A DNA stretch of 64,000 nucleotides, taken from the NCBI GenBank assembly GCA_963796685.1, contig CAWCMR010000015.1:128001-192000 (forward strand), read 5' to 3'. This DNA is from an uncultured delta proteobacterium. GTDB lineage: Bacteria; Myxococcota_A; Polyangia; Fen-1088. The notes beneath the pieces are model-generated. The model did not search any database and was not told the DNA's origin. It saw only the letters and a program-made list of their open reading frames with translations. The position numbers and the translations under genes were made by a program. Positions 41,018-51,842 of the stretch are shown here, piece by piece (the stretch's first letter is position 1; the number at the start of each line of letters is the position of its first letter).

Positions 41018-43777
41018 CTAGGCGTGCGCCAGGTATTGGTTACAGCGGTCCACAATCAGTTCGCGGTCGAGCTTCACGAGGTATTCGGTCAGCCCAGCAT
41101 CGCGGCCCTTCTTCTCGGCCAAATCACCCGACAGGGACGTCACGGCCAGGATCGGCAACTGGGCAAAGCGCCCATCGGCGCGAATCCGGCGGGTCATCTC
41201 CAGGCCGTCCATTTTCGGCATCTCCACGTCGGTGAAGACGAGGGCGACGGAGCCATTCTGTTCATCGAGGACTTGGAAGCCCTTTTCCCCGTCCTCGGCG
41301 GTCAGGACCTCGCAGCCGGCGTCGGTGAGAATGCTCTTCATCTGCTTGAGGAAAAAGGGCGAGTCCTCGACCACCAGGACGCGGCGGGCTCCGGTCAGGG
41401 CGGGTGGCCTGGCGTTCTTGTACTCGGGCAGTAGTTGGTCGACGAAGCCGTGCACATCGAGGATGAGGGAGATTTTTCCGTCGATGACCACCGAGCCCAT
41501 CACGCCCGGTTGCAGGTGCGTGGCTCCGTCGACGGCCGTGGATACCTCGACGATGTCGAGGATCTCGGACACCAGCAGGGCGGCTTCCCGACCGTAGGCC
41601 TTGAACACCACGGCGTTGAGGCGTTGCGAATCCGCCGGGACCGGACTGGCCGGCACGAGGGCGTTGATGGGGAGGAGCGCCAGCATGCTGTCGCGGTAGG
41701 CAACCGCCAGCCGGCCACCGACCTCGGACATGGCGGGGCGCGGGAAGCGCTCGATGCGCGAGATCATGCCCAAGGGAACCACGAATTGTTCCTCGGCGCG
41801 GTTGCGCACGATCAGATAGGTGTGGGCGTCGCGCGACGTATGGGCCAAGGCCTTGCGTTTGCTCTCCGCGTCTTCGATGGCGGTTTGCGTGGACGACAGG
41901 CCGGCCACCTCGCGCAGGCCGGCGATGTCGAGAATGAGCGCCACGCTGCCATCGCCGAGGATGGTGGCGCCCGCGTACTCGCGGCAATCAGCCAAATGAC
42001 CGCCGATGGGTTTGACCACGATCTCTTCCGAGTCGAGCAACTGGTCCACGACCAGGCCGTAGCGATGCGAGCCCACCGCCACCACCGCCACGTTGAGCGC
42101 GCTCGTGGGTGCCTCGCGGCGGTCGGGACCCCGGCGGCGATCGCTGGGCGGATCCTCCGGCGGCAGACCGCCGAGCTCGGGGCTGCGGCGATCGGCCAGG
42201 TTCTGCCGCCGCTCGGGCGTGCGCGCGCCCGTGGCGGGATCGAAGAACTGGCGCTCCATGCCCAGCACGTCGGCCAGGCGGACCAGCGGCAGAAGCTCCT
42301 CGCGCAAACGCATGACCGCGGCCGAGCCCAGGCGCTCGACCCGCTGGGCGACATCGCCGGGCGCTATGCGCACCAGCTCGACCAGGTTGATTTGGGGAAT
42401 GGCGAAGCGCTCGTCGTTCACCGCGACCAGGATGCTGGGGATGATGGCCAGGGTCAGTGGCAGCTTGACGGTGATACGCGTCTCCTGGCCGGGCCGGGAA
42501 TTCACGTCTACGGTGCCGCCGACCTTGGTGAGGTTGGTCAGCACCACGTCCATGCCTACGCCACGGCCCGAGACCTCGGTAACCTGGCTGGCGGTGGAGA
42601 ATCCGGGGCGGAAGATCAGCCGCGTGAGATCCTTGCTGCTCATGGCGTCGGCTTGGGCGCGGGTGAGGACGCCTTTCTCCACGGCCTTGTCGCCGATTCG
42701 CTTGGGATCGATGCCGGCGCCGTCGTCCGCGATCTCGATGACCACCTGGCCCGCCTCGTGCGAGGCGGCCAAGAGCAGCCGGCCCGTGGTCTTCTTGCCC
42801 GCGGCGGCGCGCCGCTCGGGCGTTTCCAGTCCGTGGTCTACGGCATTGCGCACGAGGTGGGTCAAGGGATCGCTGATGGCCTCGATGATGCTGCGATCGA
42901 GCTCCACGTCTTCGCCTTCGATTACGAGATCGACTTGTTTGCCCAGCTTCTGCGCCAGGTCGCGCACCACGCGCTTGAACTTGGTGAACACCGTGCCCAC
43001 CGACTGCATGCGCGTGGCCATGATGGCTTCCTGCAATTCCGAGGTGACGCCATCCACTCTCTGGGTGATTCCAGCAACCCCATCCATGTCCCGCTCGGTG
43101 GTCTTCTTGAGCAGGGCATTGCGCGTGAGCACCAACTCGCCCGCCAAGGTCATCAGCTTGTCGAGCAGAGTCAGGCTCACGCGCACGGTCGTGCCCTCGT
43201 TCTTGGCGGTGCCGGCGGCTTCGTGCGCCTGGGTCTGCGCGGTCGGCGGCGTGGGTGCTTGCCGTGCCGGCGCGGCCTCTTCGGCGGCCGAGCTCGACCC
43301 TTCATCACGTTCGAGCTCGGACGGCGCGGGTGATTCCTCGGCCTGCGGTGCCGATTGGATAGGCGAAATCGTGGGCGTCTCGGCCGACGTGGCGCCGGCC
43401 ACGACCTTGCGTAAGGCTGCTACCGTGGCCGTCGTGTCCACCGCGTCCATGGTGTCGAAGTCACCGATGATGGACTTCAGGTGATCCGCGCCCTGCAAGA
43501 GCAGCGTGGTCAGTTGGGTATCGGGGGAGAGGACGTGATCGCGGAAGAGGCCGAGCAAGCTTTCCATGGCGTGGGCCAGCTCCTTGATCTTGTCCAGCGC
43601 GAGAAACGCGGCCGTGCCCTTGATCGAATGGGCCACGCGAAAGACCTTGTTGACGAGCTCGTCGTTGACGGCCTTGCCGTCCGATTCGAGCCCGAGAATG
43701 TCCTCTTCGAGCGTCAGGAGATGCTCGCGCGACTCTTCCACGAATGCGATGAAGACCTCGTCGTTCTTATCAATCAT
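41018..43777 (-). CDS. cheA: Hybrid CheA (Hpt-dimer-HATPase-CheW-CheW-REC)
   Basis: [34 protein letters not shown], two CheW domains and a C-terminal REC (VEDS, TDVEMP). Confidence 0.95.
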   Translation of the reverse strand: MIDKNDEVFIAFVEESREHLLTLEEDILGLESDGKAVNDELVNKVFRVAHSIKGTAAFLALDKIKELAHAMESLLGLFRDHVLSPDTQLTTLLLQGADHLKSIIGDFDTMDAVDTTATVAALRKVVAGATSAETPTISPIQSAPQAEESPAPSELERDEGSSSAAEEAAPARQAPTPPTAQTQAHEAAGTAKNEGTTVRVSLTLLDKLMTLAGELVLTRNALLKKTTERDMDGVAGITQRVDGVTSELQEAIMATRMQSVGTVFTKFKRVVRDLAQKLGKQVDLVIEGEDVELDRSIIEAISDPLTHLVRNAVDHGLETPERRAAAGKKTTGRLLLAASHEAGQVVIEIADDGAGIDPKRIGDKAVEKGVLTRAQADAMSSKDLTRLIFRPGFSTASQVTEVSGRGVGMDVVLTNLTKVGGTVDVNSRPGQETRITVKLPLTLAIIPSILVAVNDERFAIPQINLVELVRIAPGDVAQRVERLGSAAVMRLREELLPLVRLADVLGMERQFFDPATGARTPERRQNLADRRSPELGGLPPEDPPSDRRRGPDRREAPTSALNVAVVAVGSHRYGLVVDQLLDSEEIVVKPIGGHLADCREYAGATILGDGSVALILDIAGLREVAGLSSTQTAIEDAESKRKALAHTSRDAHTYLIVRNRAEEQFVVPLGMISRIERFPRPAMSEVGGRLAVAYRDSMLALLPINALVPASPVPADSQRLNAVVFKAYGREAALLVSEILDIVEVSTAVDGATHLQPGVMGSVVIDGKISLILDVHGFVDQLLPEYKNARPPALTGARRVLVVEDSPFFLKQMKSILTDAGCEVLTAEDGEKGFQVLDEQNGSVALVFTDVEMPKMDGLEMTRRIRADGRFAQLPILAVTSLSGDLAEKKGRDAGLTEYLVKLDRELIVDRCNQYLAHA

Positions 43778-43819
43778 GGGAAGTTGACCTTGTGGAACAG
43801 GGCAGCGCGTTTCGCGATC

Positions 43820-43880
43820 ACATCGGCCGATGAGCGCCGGCAGTTGAGGTCTTGCGCTTGGCGAGATGCGACAATGTCGC
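43820..43880 (-). promoter_or_regulatory. Possible sigma28-like promoter and palindromic operator upstream of cheA
   Basis: Minus strand TCAA-N16-GCCGATGT (spacer 1 nt longer than consensus); perfect palindrome GCGACA-A-TGTCGC at 43868-43880. Confidence 0.3.
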
Positions 43881-44017
43881 GTCGCCGCCACCGACGTCTC
43901 TGGGCTCCTTCTTCGTGCTCATGCTGCCTCTGTGCTCTCTTCCTCCCTCCGCGCTCTCTCACCCCGTGATAGAACCCGCGCCGCATTTCGATGGGCGCCG
44001 AGAGTCCGAAGAGCGCG

Positions 44018-44761
44018 ATGAGCGAGGCCAAGCTTTGGCCGGACTTCTCGCGCGCCGAACAATACGACGATGCGGTCAATCGCGCCTTCTACCGCGGCGC
44101 CCTCGCGCGGCTGCTGGAACGGGCCCCGCGGCTCTCCGGTCGCGGCCTCGATCTCGGGTGCGGTACCGGTTTTTCGCTCGAGGGCCTGATGGAGCACGCT
44201 CCCGGTGTGGCGTGGATCGGAGCGGATTGCTCGCGCAAGATGCTGGACCTGGCACGCGCAAAACCCGGCATACGCGCGGCCTTGCTCTGCGAGACGAGGG
44301 CCGAAGCGCTGCCCTTCGCGGACCGGAGCTTCGACGCGGTGGTGGCGAATTTTTCCTGGCACTGGTTCGGTGCGGAGGCGGGACGACAAGTGCGCCGGGT
44401 GCTTCGCCCGGGCGGTTGGTTTCTCGCCAGCTTGCCCTTGCGACACTTTTCCGCCGCGCCGGGGAACCGGGCCCTGGCGCGCGCGCTGCTTGCCGGACGG
44501 GACCACTTTGTCCGTCGGTCGAGTCAGGGCCTTCATTTCGAGAATGTGCCAGGCGTGCTACCGGGCGGGTTGAACGTGTCGCGGCACGAGCTGGTCTTGG
44601 CCAGCGAGCGGTTCGCGAATGGTGAGGAGCTGCTCGACGTGCTTCGCAGTCGGGGAGCGCTGGCCGCCGTCTTCGGCGACAAGCCGCCGCTGACCATCGA
44701 GGCACCTTCGCCCGTCGACTTCGAATGGCCCTTCGCCGTGCTGCACGCGCAGGTCTTGTGA
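44018..44761 (+). CDS. Class I SAM methyltransferase (BioC-like)
   Basis: FSRAEQYD, LDLGCGTG, AEALPFADRSFD and LRPGG. Confidence 0.8.
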   Translation: MSEAKLWPDFSRAEQYDDAVNRAFYRGALARLLERAPRLSGRGLDLGCGTGFSLEGLMEHAPGVAWIGADCSRKMLDLARAKPGIRAALLCETRAEALPFADRSFDAVVANFSWHWFGAEAGRQVRRVLRPGGWFLASLPLRHFSAAPGNRALARALLAGRDHFVRRSSQGLHFENVPGVLPGGLNVSRHELVLASERFANGEELLDVLRSRGALAAVFGDKPPLTIEAPSPVDFEWPFAVLHAQVL

Positions 44762-45598
44762 CTACCCGGCTCGCGCCTGCCGCTGGGTGATGTGATACAG
44801 GAAGACCGCGCCCGCGGTGGCGACGTTCAGCGAGTCCACCGCCGGCGACCGGGCCATGGGGATGGTCACCAGGGTGTCGCACGCACCCCGGGTCTGCGCA
44901 TCGAGGCCGGGCCCCTCGGCGCCGAAAAGAACGGCCAGGCGGGGCGGGGGAAGGAAGTCGGCCAGAGCCGCCGCGCTCGCGTCCACCACGGCGCCCACCA
45001 GAGCGAGATGGTGTTGCTCGCGCAGGGCCAGCAAGTCTTCGGGCCAGCGCTCGGCGCGCACGATGGGCAGGGACAACACGGCGCCGGCCGAGGTGCGCAC
45101 GGCCTTGCGGTAGTAGGGATCGGCGCAGCGGGGTGACAGCAACATGGCATCGGCCCCGAAGGCCGCGGCGTTGCGGGCCATGGCGCCCAGGTTGTCCACG
45201 TCCACCAGATCCACGAGCACGACCACGGTGCGTGCGTCGGGTGGAATGGTCGGGGACCTTGGGCGCTCGGCAATGGCCAGGCAGCCGCGATGAACGTGAA
45301 AACCGGCGATGTGATCCATCACGCCCTGGGGCACCACGAAGACCGGAAAATCGCCTCTGCCGGCGGCCAGCACCGGTTCGAGGGACGCCAGCCGAGGCGC
45401 GGTCAGGAGCAGCGAGCACACGCGCAAGTCCGTGGCGAGCAGCTTGCGCACCACGAGCTCGCTCTCGGCCACGAAACGACCGCTGCTCTCGCCGAGCCGG
45501 CGGTCTTGCAAGTCGCGATAGTCCGTCAGGCGTGCGTCGTCGAGGGCGGACTCGGTCAGGAAATGAACGTCGATGGACACGGTGAGGTAGCTGACCAC
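44762..45598 (-). CDS. TrmH/SpoU family RNA methyltransferase
   Basis: D..NLGAMARNAAAFG, RKAVRTSAG, GAEGPGL and IPM....DSLNV. Confidence 0.9.
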   Translation of the reverse strand: MVSYLTVSIDVHFLTESALDDARLTDYRDLQDRRLGESSGRFVAESELVVRKLLATDLRVCSLLLTAPRLASLEPVLAAGRGDFPVFVVPQGVMDHIAGFHVHRGCLAIAERPRSPTIPPDARTVVVLVDLVDVDNLGAMARNAAAFGADAMLLSPRCADPYYRKAVRTSAGAVLSLPIVRAERWPEDLLALREQHHLALVGAVVDASAAALADFLPPPRLAVLFGAEGPGLDAQTRGACDTLVTIPMARSPAVDSLNVATAGAVFLYHITQRQARAG

Positions 45599-45670
45599 AG
45601 TTCGTCTACGCTAGCCACGGCGTCGGGCGGGTGGGTAGAGTTCTTTCCCATCGCCGATACAGGCGCTAGG

Positions 45671-46924
45671 ATGTCGCCCAGGACTGACGAGATGTTTCGG
45701 CGAATCAAGATCGATGGCTACAAGGGCCTGCGCGGAACCAGCTTGGATCTCAAGCAGGACGGCCTGACCGTGCTCCTTGGTCCAAATGGATCCGGAAAAT
45801 CCAGTGTGTTCGGCGCGATTCAGCTACTTCAGGAAGCCTCGGCGCGGCTACTCCGCGAGTGCCACATTGCTGGCGAGCATTTTGCGGATTTCGTCGAGCG
45901 CGGTGACCTGCTGAAGAGCATCAAACTGGAGGCGGAAGTGGTGGGGAATACCGAGAGGCCAACGACTTGGCGTTTGGACCTTCGGCAACGGGCATCAGGT
46001 CTTGAGGTCTATCAGGAAGAATTGTCCGACGGAATCCAGCAAGCATTGCGCGATTCCTCCGAGAAGATCTCGGTCGATGGAAAATTGGTCAACTACTACT
46101 CTCTCCCGAATGACCAAACCCTCTGCAGGCATGTCAGATCCTCCTGGGGCTTTCGTGACAGTTCGGAGAATGACGTGTGGCGTGCGCTCGCCGAGAAGGT
46201 GGACGAGTCGTTGGGTTCGGGCAGGACCGCGCGATTGAATCCAGTGCGCCTCTCAGAGGCAGTTCCACTTGATGAACAGGTAGACATTGATGGCTACGGG
46301 CTGGCCGCGCAGCTACTCCAGCTATCTTCGAGGCGCCGGAAGGTATTCGCTGAAATCCAGGACCGATTCTGCGCACTGTTTCCGTGGGTTGAAGAGATTG
46401 AGCTGCCAACAACCTCCAATCGGACGACGAAGCAGGGCAAGGATGTTCTGGTCGGAACAGGCTATGTCGAGATCAGATTCCGGGAAAAGGGCATCGACAA
46501 GTCCTATCCGGCGCGCGAGATGGCTTCGGGGATGCTGCTGGCGCTGGCGCTGCTGTGGATGGTGCATCGACCGGATGGCGACCGGATCATCTGTTTCGAC
46601 GAGCCGGAGAGCTCCGTTCATCCCTACCTACTGAAGTATGTCTACGATCTCTTGAAAGGCCTGACCAAGGCCGAGGCTGGCCGCCCCGCGGTTCAGGTGC
46701 TGGTGGCGACCCATTCGGTCGACTTCGTCAACCTTTGCGCCCCCGACGAAGTGCGCATCTGCGAACGCACCGGCGACGGACGGGTTCAAATCCAGTCGAT
46801 CTCGGATAAGAAAGACCTCGCCGCGGCAGTGGACAACTATCGCGGCGCAATGGGTGAGATCTGGTTTTCAGGCGCCATCGGCGGGTTACCGACCCATGTC
46901 CCTAAGAGTTCTTCTCCTCGGTGA
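45671..46924 (+). CDS. ABC-type (AAA_15/AAA_21-like) ATPase
   Basis: Walker A GPNGSGKS, signature-like MASGM, Walker B FDEPE, H-loop ATHS, tail MGEIWFSGAIGG; start may be 45692. Confidence 0.85.
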   Translation: MSPRTDEMFRRIKIDGYKGLRGTSLDLKQDGLTVLLGPNGSGKSSVFGAIQLLQEASARLLRECHIAGEHFADFVERGDLLKSIKLEAEVVGNTERPTTWRLDLRQRASGLEVYQEELSDGIQQALRDSSEKISVDGKLVNYYSLPNDQTLCRHVRSSWGFRDSSENDVWRALAEKVDESLGSGRTARLNPVRLSEAVPLDEQVDIDGYGLAAQLLQLSSRRRKVFAEIQDRFCALFPWVEEIELPTTSNRTTKQGKDVLVGTGYVEIRFREKGIDKSYPAREMASGMLLALALLWMVHRPDGDRIICFDEPESSVHPYLLKYVYDLLKGLTKAEAGRPAVQVLVATHSVDFVNLCAPDEVRICERTGDGRVQIQSISDKKDLAAAVDNYRGAMGEIWFSGAIGGLPTHVPKSSSPR

Positions 46925-47576
46925 GGGCAAGTCGGAGGAGGGCGAGCGGAACGGCCCGTCCGCCCAACCAGGCAAGCCAATCCAAGAAGCGTCGCTGGGG
47001 GCGGCGCATGTCCTCGTTCCTCGCGTTGTCGTAGAGGTGCTGAAAGAGCCAGTGCCGACCTTCGTGGTCGCACCTCGACTTCGGCAATCGCCGAGAACAG
47101 GAAATCCGGGGCTCATCAAAGATCTCGAAGGCGCCCCTCGGATAGCGGCGAATCCTCGCCAGAAAGGCTGGTTGGAGAGATGCGTTGGCGATACGAGCGT
47201 GGATTTGGTCGTGTTGCTCAAGGATTGCAAGGTCGATGGACGAGAGTGCGGAGTGGACAAGGTTGTTTCAGAGCTAGGGTCAGCCATAGCAGGTCGGCTT
47301 CCGCACGGTGGTACGCAGGTAGTGAGAGCCGCCGCCAAGCCCAGTCTTGAAGGGTGGCTGTTGGAGTCCCCCGAATCCGAAGAGATCGGCGAGAAGAGAG
47401 CAAAGGCCCTGTGGGCTGAACGCGGATACGATCCCGGTGACGTTTCGAGCATGGCCGGTGCCGCGTGGAATCTGGATTTGGCGAACCTTGAAGCTGTATG
47501 CCCCGAAGGTTTCGGTCGGTTGGTCAAGGACTTGCGGGAAGCCGTCCATGCCTGCAAGGTGACGTCGAAAGCATGA
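46896..47576 (+). CDS. TOPRIM-like (DUF4276/RloB-like) partner protein
   Basis: N-terminal VLLLGEGKSE, VVLLKDC..D and LEGWLL; overlaps the ATPase gene; family call from motif pattern only. Confidence 0.6.
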   Translation: MSLRVLLLGEGKSEEGERNGPSAQPGKPIQEASLGAAHVLVPRVVVEVLKEPVPTFVVAPRLRQSPRTGNPGLIKDLEGAPRIAANPRQKGWLERCVGDTSVDLVVLLKDCKVDGRECGVDKVVSELGSAIAGRLPHGGTQVVRAAAKPSLEGWLLESPESEEIGEKRAKALWAERGYDPGDVSSMAGAAWNLDLANLEAVCPEGFGRLVKDLREAVHACKVTSKA

Positions 47577-48934
47577 AGCCTGTCGTCGTCGCTGGTGCCG
47601 GGATCTCCGGGCTGGGCCTTGCGTTCGAGCTGCGCCGCCGGGGCGTGGCGGTGGTGGTGTTGGAGAGCGAGGGTAGGGCAGGGGGCAAGATCGAGAGCGA
47701 CCATCGCGAGGGCTACCTGTGCGAGCGCGGACCGGCCAGCTATCTCGACCGGTCGGGCAGCATCACCGCCTTGGCCAAGGCGCTGGGCATCGAGAATCGC
47801 GTGGTATGGGCCGGGGCGGCGGCCGAGCGGCGACTGGTGGCGGCCAAGGGCCGATTGCACGACGCTCCCGCCACGGCGGGCGCCTTTGCCAAGTCGCCAC
47901 TCCTGTCCTGGTCGGGCAAGCTGCGCGCGGCGCTGGATCTGGTCCTGCCACGCGGGCCTTCGGCGCGCGGCGAGGACGAATCGGTGGCGGCCTTTGCGAG
48001 CCGGCGCTTGGGCGTGCAGGCGGGCGAGCGCCTCCTGCAGCCTCTGGTTTCCGGGCTGTACGCCGGCGATCCCGAGCAGGTCAGCTTGCCGTCGGCGTTT
48101 CCACTGGTGGCGGCCATGGAGCGCACCCGACGCAGCTTCATGCTGGCCATGCGCAGCGAATTCGCGGCAGCCAGGGCGAAGACGGCACCGCGCCTGGCTT
48201 CGTTCGAGCACGGGCTGGATGAATTGACGGCCGCGCTTGCGGAGCATCTCGGACAGGATTTGCGTCTCGGGGCACGGTTGCTCGGCGTCGAGAAGGACGC
48301 GGAGGCCTATCGACTCGCCGTGGAGGAGCGCGGGCAGATCCAGACCCTGGAAGCGCGCGCCGTGGTCATGGCACTGCCAGCCCACGTAGCGACCTCGGTG
48401 GTGGGCCCTTTCGACGGCCAGATCGCGGACACGCTGGCGCGCATCCCCTATGTGCCGGTCACCCTCGTGCACCTCGGCTATCCTGTCTCCGCGTTGTCGC
48501 GTGCCATCGACGCCTACGGCTTCTTCGTGCCACCCTCCGAGCCCTTGCGCGTGCTGGGGGGAATCTTCCCTTCTCAGTTCTTCCAGGCGCGCGCGCCCGA
48601 GGGCTTTCATCTGTTCTCGGTGCGCACGGGCGGGGCCCGCCATCCCGAGGCCTTCACCATGCCCGACGCCGAGCTGGTCGCGCTCGCCGACGGCGAGCTG
48701 CGCGGCCTGCTCGGCCTGACCGCGGGTCCGTCGTTCGTCCACATCGTCCGCCATGAGCGTGCCTTGCCCCAGTACACGCTCGGGCACATGGGCCGCGTCG
48801 CCTTGCTCGAAGAAGGCGAGCGCCGCCATCCCGGGCTCTTCTTCCACGGCAACGCCTACCACAACGCGGGTGTGCCCGAGCTGGTCAGCCGCTCGACGAA
48901 GCTGGCCGAACGGGTGGCGAGATTCGTCGCGTAG
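47573..48934 (+). CDS. hemG: Protoporphyrinogen oxidase (HemY type)
   Basis: GAGISGL, GGKI, ERGP, SGLYAGDP, YGFFVP and PQYTLGH. Confidence 0.9.
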   Translation: MKPVVVAGAGISGLGLAFELRRRGVAVVVLESEGRAGGKIESDHREGYLCERGPASYLDRSGSITALAKALGIENRVVWAGAAAERRLVAAKGRLHDAPATAGAFAKSPLLSWSGKLRAALDLVLPRGPSARGEDESVAAFASRRLGVQAGERLLQPLVSGLYAGDPEQVSLPSAFPLVAAMERTRRSFMLAMRSEFAAARAKTAPRLASFEHGLDELTAALAEHLGQDLRLGARLLGVEKDAEAYRLAVEERGQIQTLEARAVVMALPAHVATSVVGPFDGQIADTLARIPYVPVTLVHLGYPVSALSRAIDAYGFFVPPSEPLRVLGGIFPSQFFQARAPEGFHLFSVRTGGARHPEAFTMPDAELVALADGELRGLLGLTAGPSFVHIVRHERALPQYTLGHMGRVALLEEGERRHPGLFFHGNAYHNAGVPELVSRSTKLAERVARFVA

Positions 48935-48940
48935 CCGGCG

Positions 48941-50569
48941 TCACAGGTCGGCCAGGAACGCTTGCACGGCGCGGAGCTGCTCGCCGGTGGCGATGAACCG
49001 CGGTTCCTGGTTGCCTGCGGCCTCGTGCGACGCCGCGTGCGCCGCCAGTTTCCCCCGCAGCGATGGGCATTCGTCGAGCAAGGCCACGACCGTGGCGAAG
49101 CTCGTCGCGTCGAGCTCGCCTTCGAGCGCGGCCAGCTTGCCAAGTGCCGTCCACGGTTTCCCGGCGGCCACGGCCGCCCGAAGTACCCGTGTTCCTTGGT
49201 CCAAGGCCTTGGCGCGCTCACGGCTCGATTCCGCGCGGGCTTCCCTGACCAGCACCCGTTCGAGAGCGAGCGCAGCGGCGAGCGCGACATTCCGGGCGAG
49301 CAGCCGCCAACCAATCCGGAACAGCTTGTCGGCGCTTGTCCGCCGCAGCAACGAGACGGGCGCCTCTTGGCCGGTCTCGCCCTGCAGCAGGCGCTCCATG
49401 CCCAGGTTGCAGGTGGCGACCGCCGCATGGGCAGCCTCCATGGCACGTAGCGCGCGGCCCTCGATGCTGCAACCAGCGCCCAGCGCATTGGCCAGATAGG
49501 CAAGCTCTTGCATGCGCTGCCCGTGAAGGGCGATGGTTTGCGCGCGTAGCTCGCGCATGGCTCGGGTGAAGACGCCAACCTCTTCCCCAGACGAAGCGTC
49601 GGAGTCGCCCTGCAACAGGAGCGGCGTCTTGGACGGCGGCAGGATCTCGGCACCACGCAAGATCTCCACGAGACCGGCGGCGGCCTTCGCAGCTTTCGAG
49701 GAGATGCCCACCTGCGCGCCGTCGGACGTGCTTGCGGGACGTACCGGCGCACGCAGGGATCGGAAGTAGGCGTGGGTGACCGGGTCTCGCTCCTTCCTCG
49801 CGAGGACATCGGCCAGCTCGCCGGTTCGCGCCAAGGCCAGGAAGCTCGCGGCGCTCGACGGGGTAATGAATCCTTCTTCAGCCCTGCGCTCCTCGCGGTC
49901 GGCGCCGACGTCCGATTCCAGCATCTCGTCGGAGGTCAGCACGCGATAGAGGCCGCCGTTGTCTTGGATGAAATCGGCGGCCATGTGGCAGCAGTGTCCC
50001 AGCACGCGGCCGAGGAAATCGTGGTGATCGCGGTCGAGGGCGAGCAGGACCGTGAGGATGGCGTCCCAACCCTCATGGTTGCGCGAGATGATGCGGTACT
50101 CGTCGAGCTCCTCGCACAGGCAGCTTTCCAGGGCCTTTTCGGTCAGCTCGTCGTCGTCGGACATCCCATCCGCCATGGCCAGCGCCAGCTCCTCGATGTC
50201 GATGACCAGGACGTGTTTGTGCAGGGCCAGGGTGACGAGATCCTCGGGCAGCTCGGCGAGCTTGGCCGCCGCGAGCTCTTCTCCCGCTTCCAGCATGACC
50301 TCCAGCCAAAGGGCGAAGCGGTTGGCGTCGAAGGTATCGTCCTTGCCCGGTCGTTCGCTTCGCCAGAGGTCGTCGTCGAAGATGCGCCGTAGCTGCTCGG
50401 TCGTGGCCAGGGCGACGATCTCGCCCGCGTCCTCCAGGCCGACGTGCTCGATGAGCTTGCCGAGAGCCCGCGCGGGCAGGGCTTGCACGGCCGCGACCAG
50501 GTTGGGCTCTTCGAGAATACGAGCCAACAACGCGTGCGGCGCGGCTCGTCGGCTCGGCAGGGGCGACAT
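48941..50569 (-). CDS. DUF6178-like protein
   Basis: VGLEDAGEIVALATTEQL..IFD.D.W, LE.....R..RR...GF and ELAYLAN; pattern recognised from myxobacterial proteins. Confidence 0.65.
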   Translation of the reverse strand: MSPLPSRRAAPHALLARILEEPNLVAAVQALPARALGKLIEHVGLEDAGEIVALATTEQLRRIFDDDLWRSERPGKDDTFDANRFALWLEVMLEAGEELAAAKLAELPEDLVTLALHKHVLVIDIEELALAMADGMSDDDELTEKALESCLCEELDEYRIISRNHEGWDAILTVLLALDRDHHDFLGRVLGHCCHMAADFIQDNGGLYRVLTSDEMLESDVGADREERRAEEGFITPSSAASFLALARTGELADVLARKERDPVTHAYFRSLRAPVRPASTSDGAQVGISSKAAKAAAGLVEILRGAEILPPSKTPLLLQGDSDASSGEEVGVFTRAMRELRAQTIALHGQRMQELAYLANALGAGCSIEGRALRAMEAAHAAVATCNLGMERLLQGETGQEAPVSLLRRTSADKLFRIGWRLLARNVALAAALALERVLVREARAESSRERAKALDQGTRVLRAAVAAGKPWTALGKLAALEGELDATSFATVVALLDECPSLRGKLAAHAASHEAAGNQEPRFIATGEQLRAVQAFLADL

Positions 50570-50647
50570 GACCACATTGGGCCAGCCTCTTCGTGCTTGC
50601 GCAAGACCTCTCATGGCAACCGGCGGAGATGGTACAAAGGAACAGAG

Positions 50648-51832
50648 ATGCCGGAGATCAACGAACCGACCATCGCACTGGGTGATGTGCTTCGCCCGAC
50701 CGTCCTGCACGTCGACCTTGCTCGTCTGACGGCAAACTACGAGCTGCTGCGCGGCCACGCCAAGGTGCCGGTCTTGGTGGTGCTCAAGGCCAACGCCTAC
50801 GGCCACGGGCTGGTCGAGGTGGGCCGCCACTTCGCTCTCCTAGGGGCCCCGTACCTGGGCGTCGCGTATCTCGAAGAGGGGCTGCGACTTCGTCAGGCCG
50901 GCGTGCGCGTCCCCGTTCTCGTCATGGGCGGCATCGTGGGCGAGCAGATCCCGCTCTTTCTCGAAAACCATCTGACCTTGACCGCTTCGTCCGTGGACAA
51001 GCTGAACGCAATCGAAGCGTGCGCGGCCGCGCTCGGCCGCACGGCGCACGTTCACTTGAAGATCGACACCGGCATGGAGCGCATCGGCGTGCACTGGTAC
51101 AGCGCCGGCAAGTTGTTGGAGGCATCCCTGCGCTCGCCCCACGTGGCCGTCGACGGCGTGTTCTCACACTTCGCCAGCGCCGATGCCGAGGACTTGACCT
51201 TCGCCCGCCTGCAGCTCGAGCGCTTTCTCGAGGTGCTCGACTTTTACCGCGTCCGCTCGTTGCCGGCGCCGACCCGGCACATTGCCAGCTCGGGCGCGGT
51301 GTTGCAGATGCCCGAGGCGAGCCTGGACATGGTTCGACCGGGGATCTTGCTCTATGGCGCCTATCCTTCGGCCCATCCCGCGCCCCATCTGGCGCGCGCC
51401 ATCGATGTCCGTCCGGCACTGCGCTGGACGTCGAGCGTCGTCTATTTCAAGGTCGTCCAGGCGGGGGCCGGCATCAGCTATGGCTCGATCTGGAAGCCCG
51501 AGACGCAGGTTCGCGTGGTCACGCTGCCCGTGGGCTACGGCGACGGCTACCTGCGCTGCATGTCGGGCAAGGCCGAGGTGGCGATCCGCGGCCGCCGCTA
51601 TCCCGTCGTGGGCCGCATCTGCATGGACCAGGTGATGGTGAACCTCGGCTGGGACAGCGCCTTCAACGGCGACGAGGTCGTGTTGCTGGGCGGAGAAGGC
51701 GAGGGGGCGGTTCGCATCGAGGAGATGGCCGCGTGGGCCGGCACCATCCCGCACGAGATCCTCACCAGCATCAACACCCGCGTGCCTCGTGTCTACGTCA
51801 ACCGCCTGCCCGATCGCGCGGCGGGCTGCTAG
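50648..51832 (+). CDS. alr: Alanine racemase
   Basis: KANAYGHG, KIDTGMERIG, RPGILLYG, GYGDGY and GRICMDQ. Confidence 0.95.
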   Translation: MPEINEPTIALGDVLRPTVLHVDLARLTANYELLRGHAKVPVLVVLKANAYGHGLVEVGRHFALLGAPYLGVAYLEEGLRLRQAGVRVPVLVMGGIVGEQIPLFLENHLTLTASSVDKLNAIEACAAALGRTAHVHLKIDTGMERIGVHWYSAGKLLEASLRSPHVAVDGVFSHFASADAEDLTFARLQLERFLEVLDFYRVRSLPAPTRHIASSGAVLQMPEASLDMVRPGILLYGAYPSAHPAPHLARAIDVRPALRWTSSVVYFKVVQAGAGISYGSIWKPETQVRVVTLPVGYGDGYLRCMSGKAEVAIRGRRYPVVGRICMDQVMVNLGWDSAFNGDEVVLLGGEGEGAVRIEEMAAWAGTIPHEILTSINTRVPRVYVNRLPDRAAGC

Positions 51833-51842
51833 CACGGCTTCG

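Noticed and set aside
43900-43965. Pyrimidine-rich tract with CTCTGTG-like units
   Set aside because: No matching opposite arm and too degenerate to assign to the 9-mer family.
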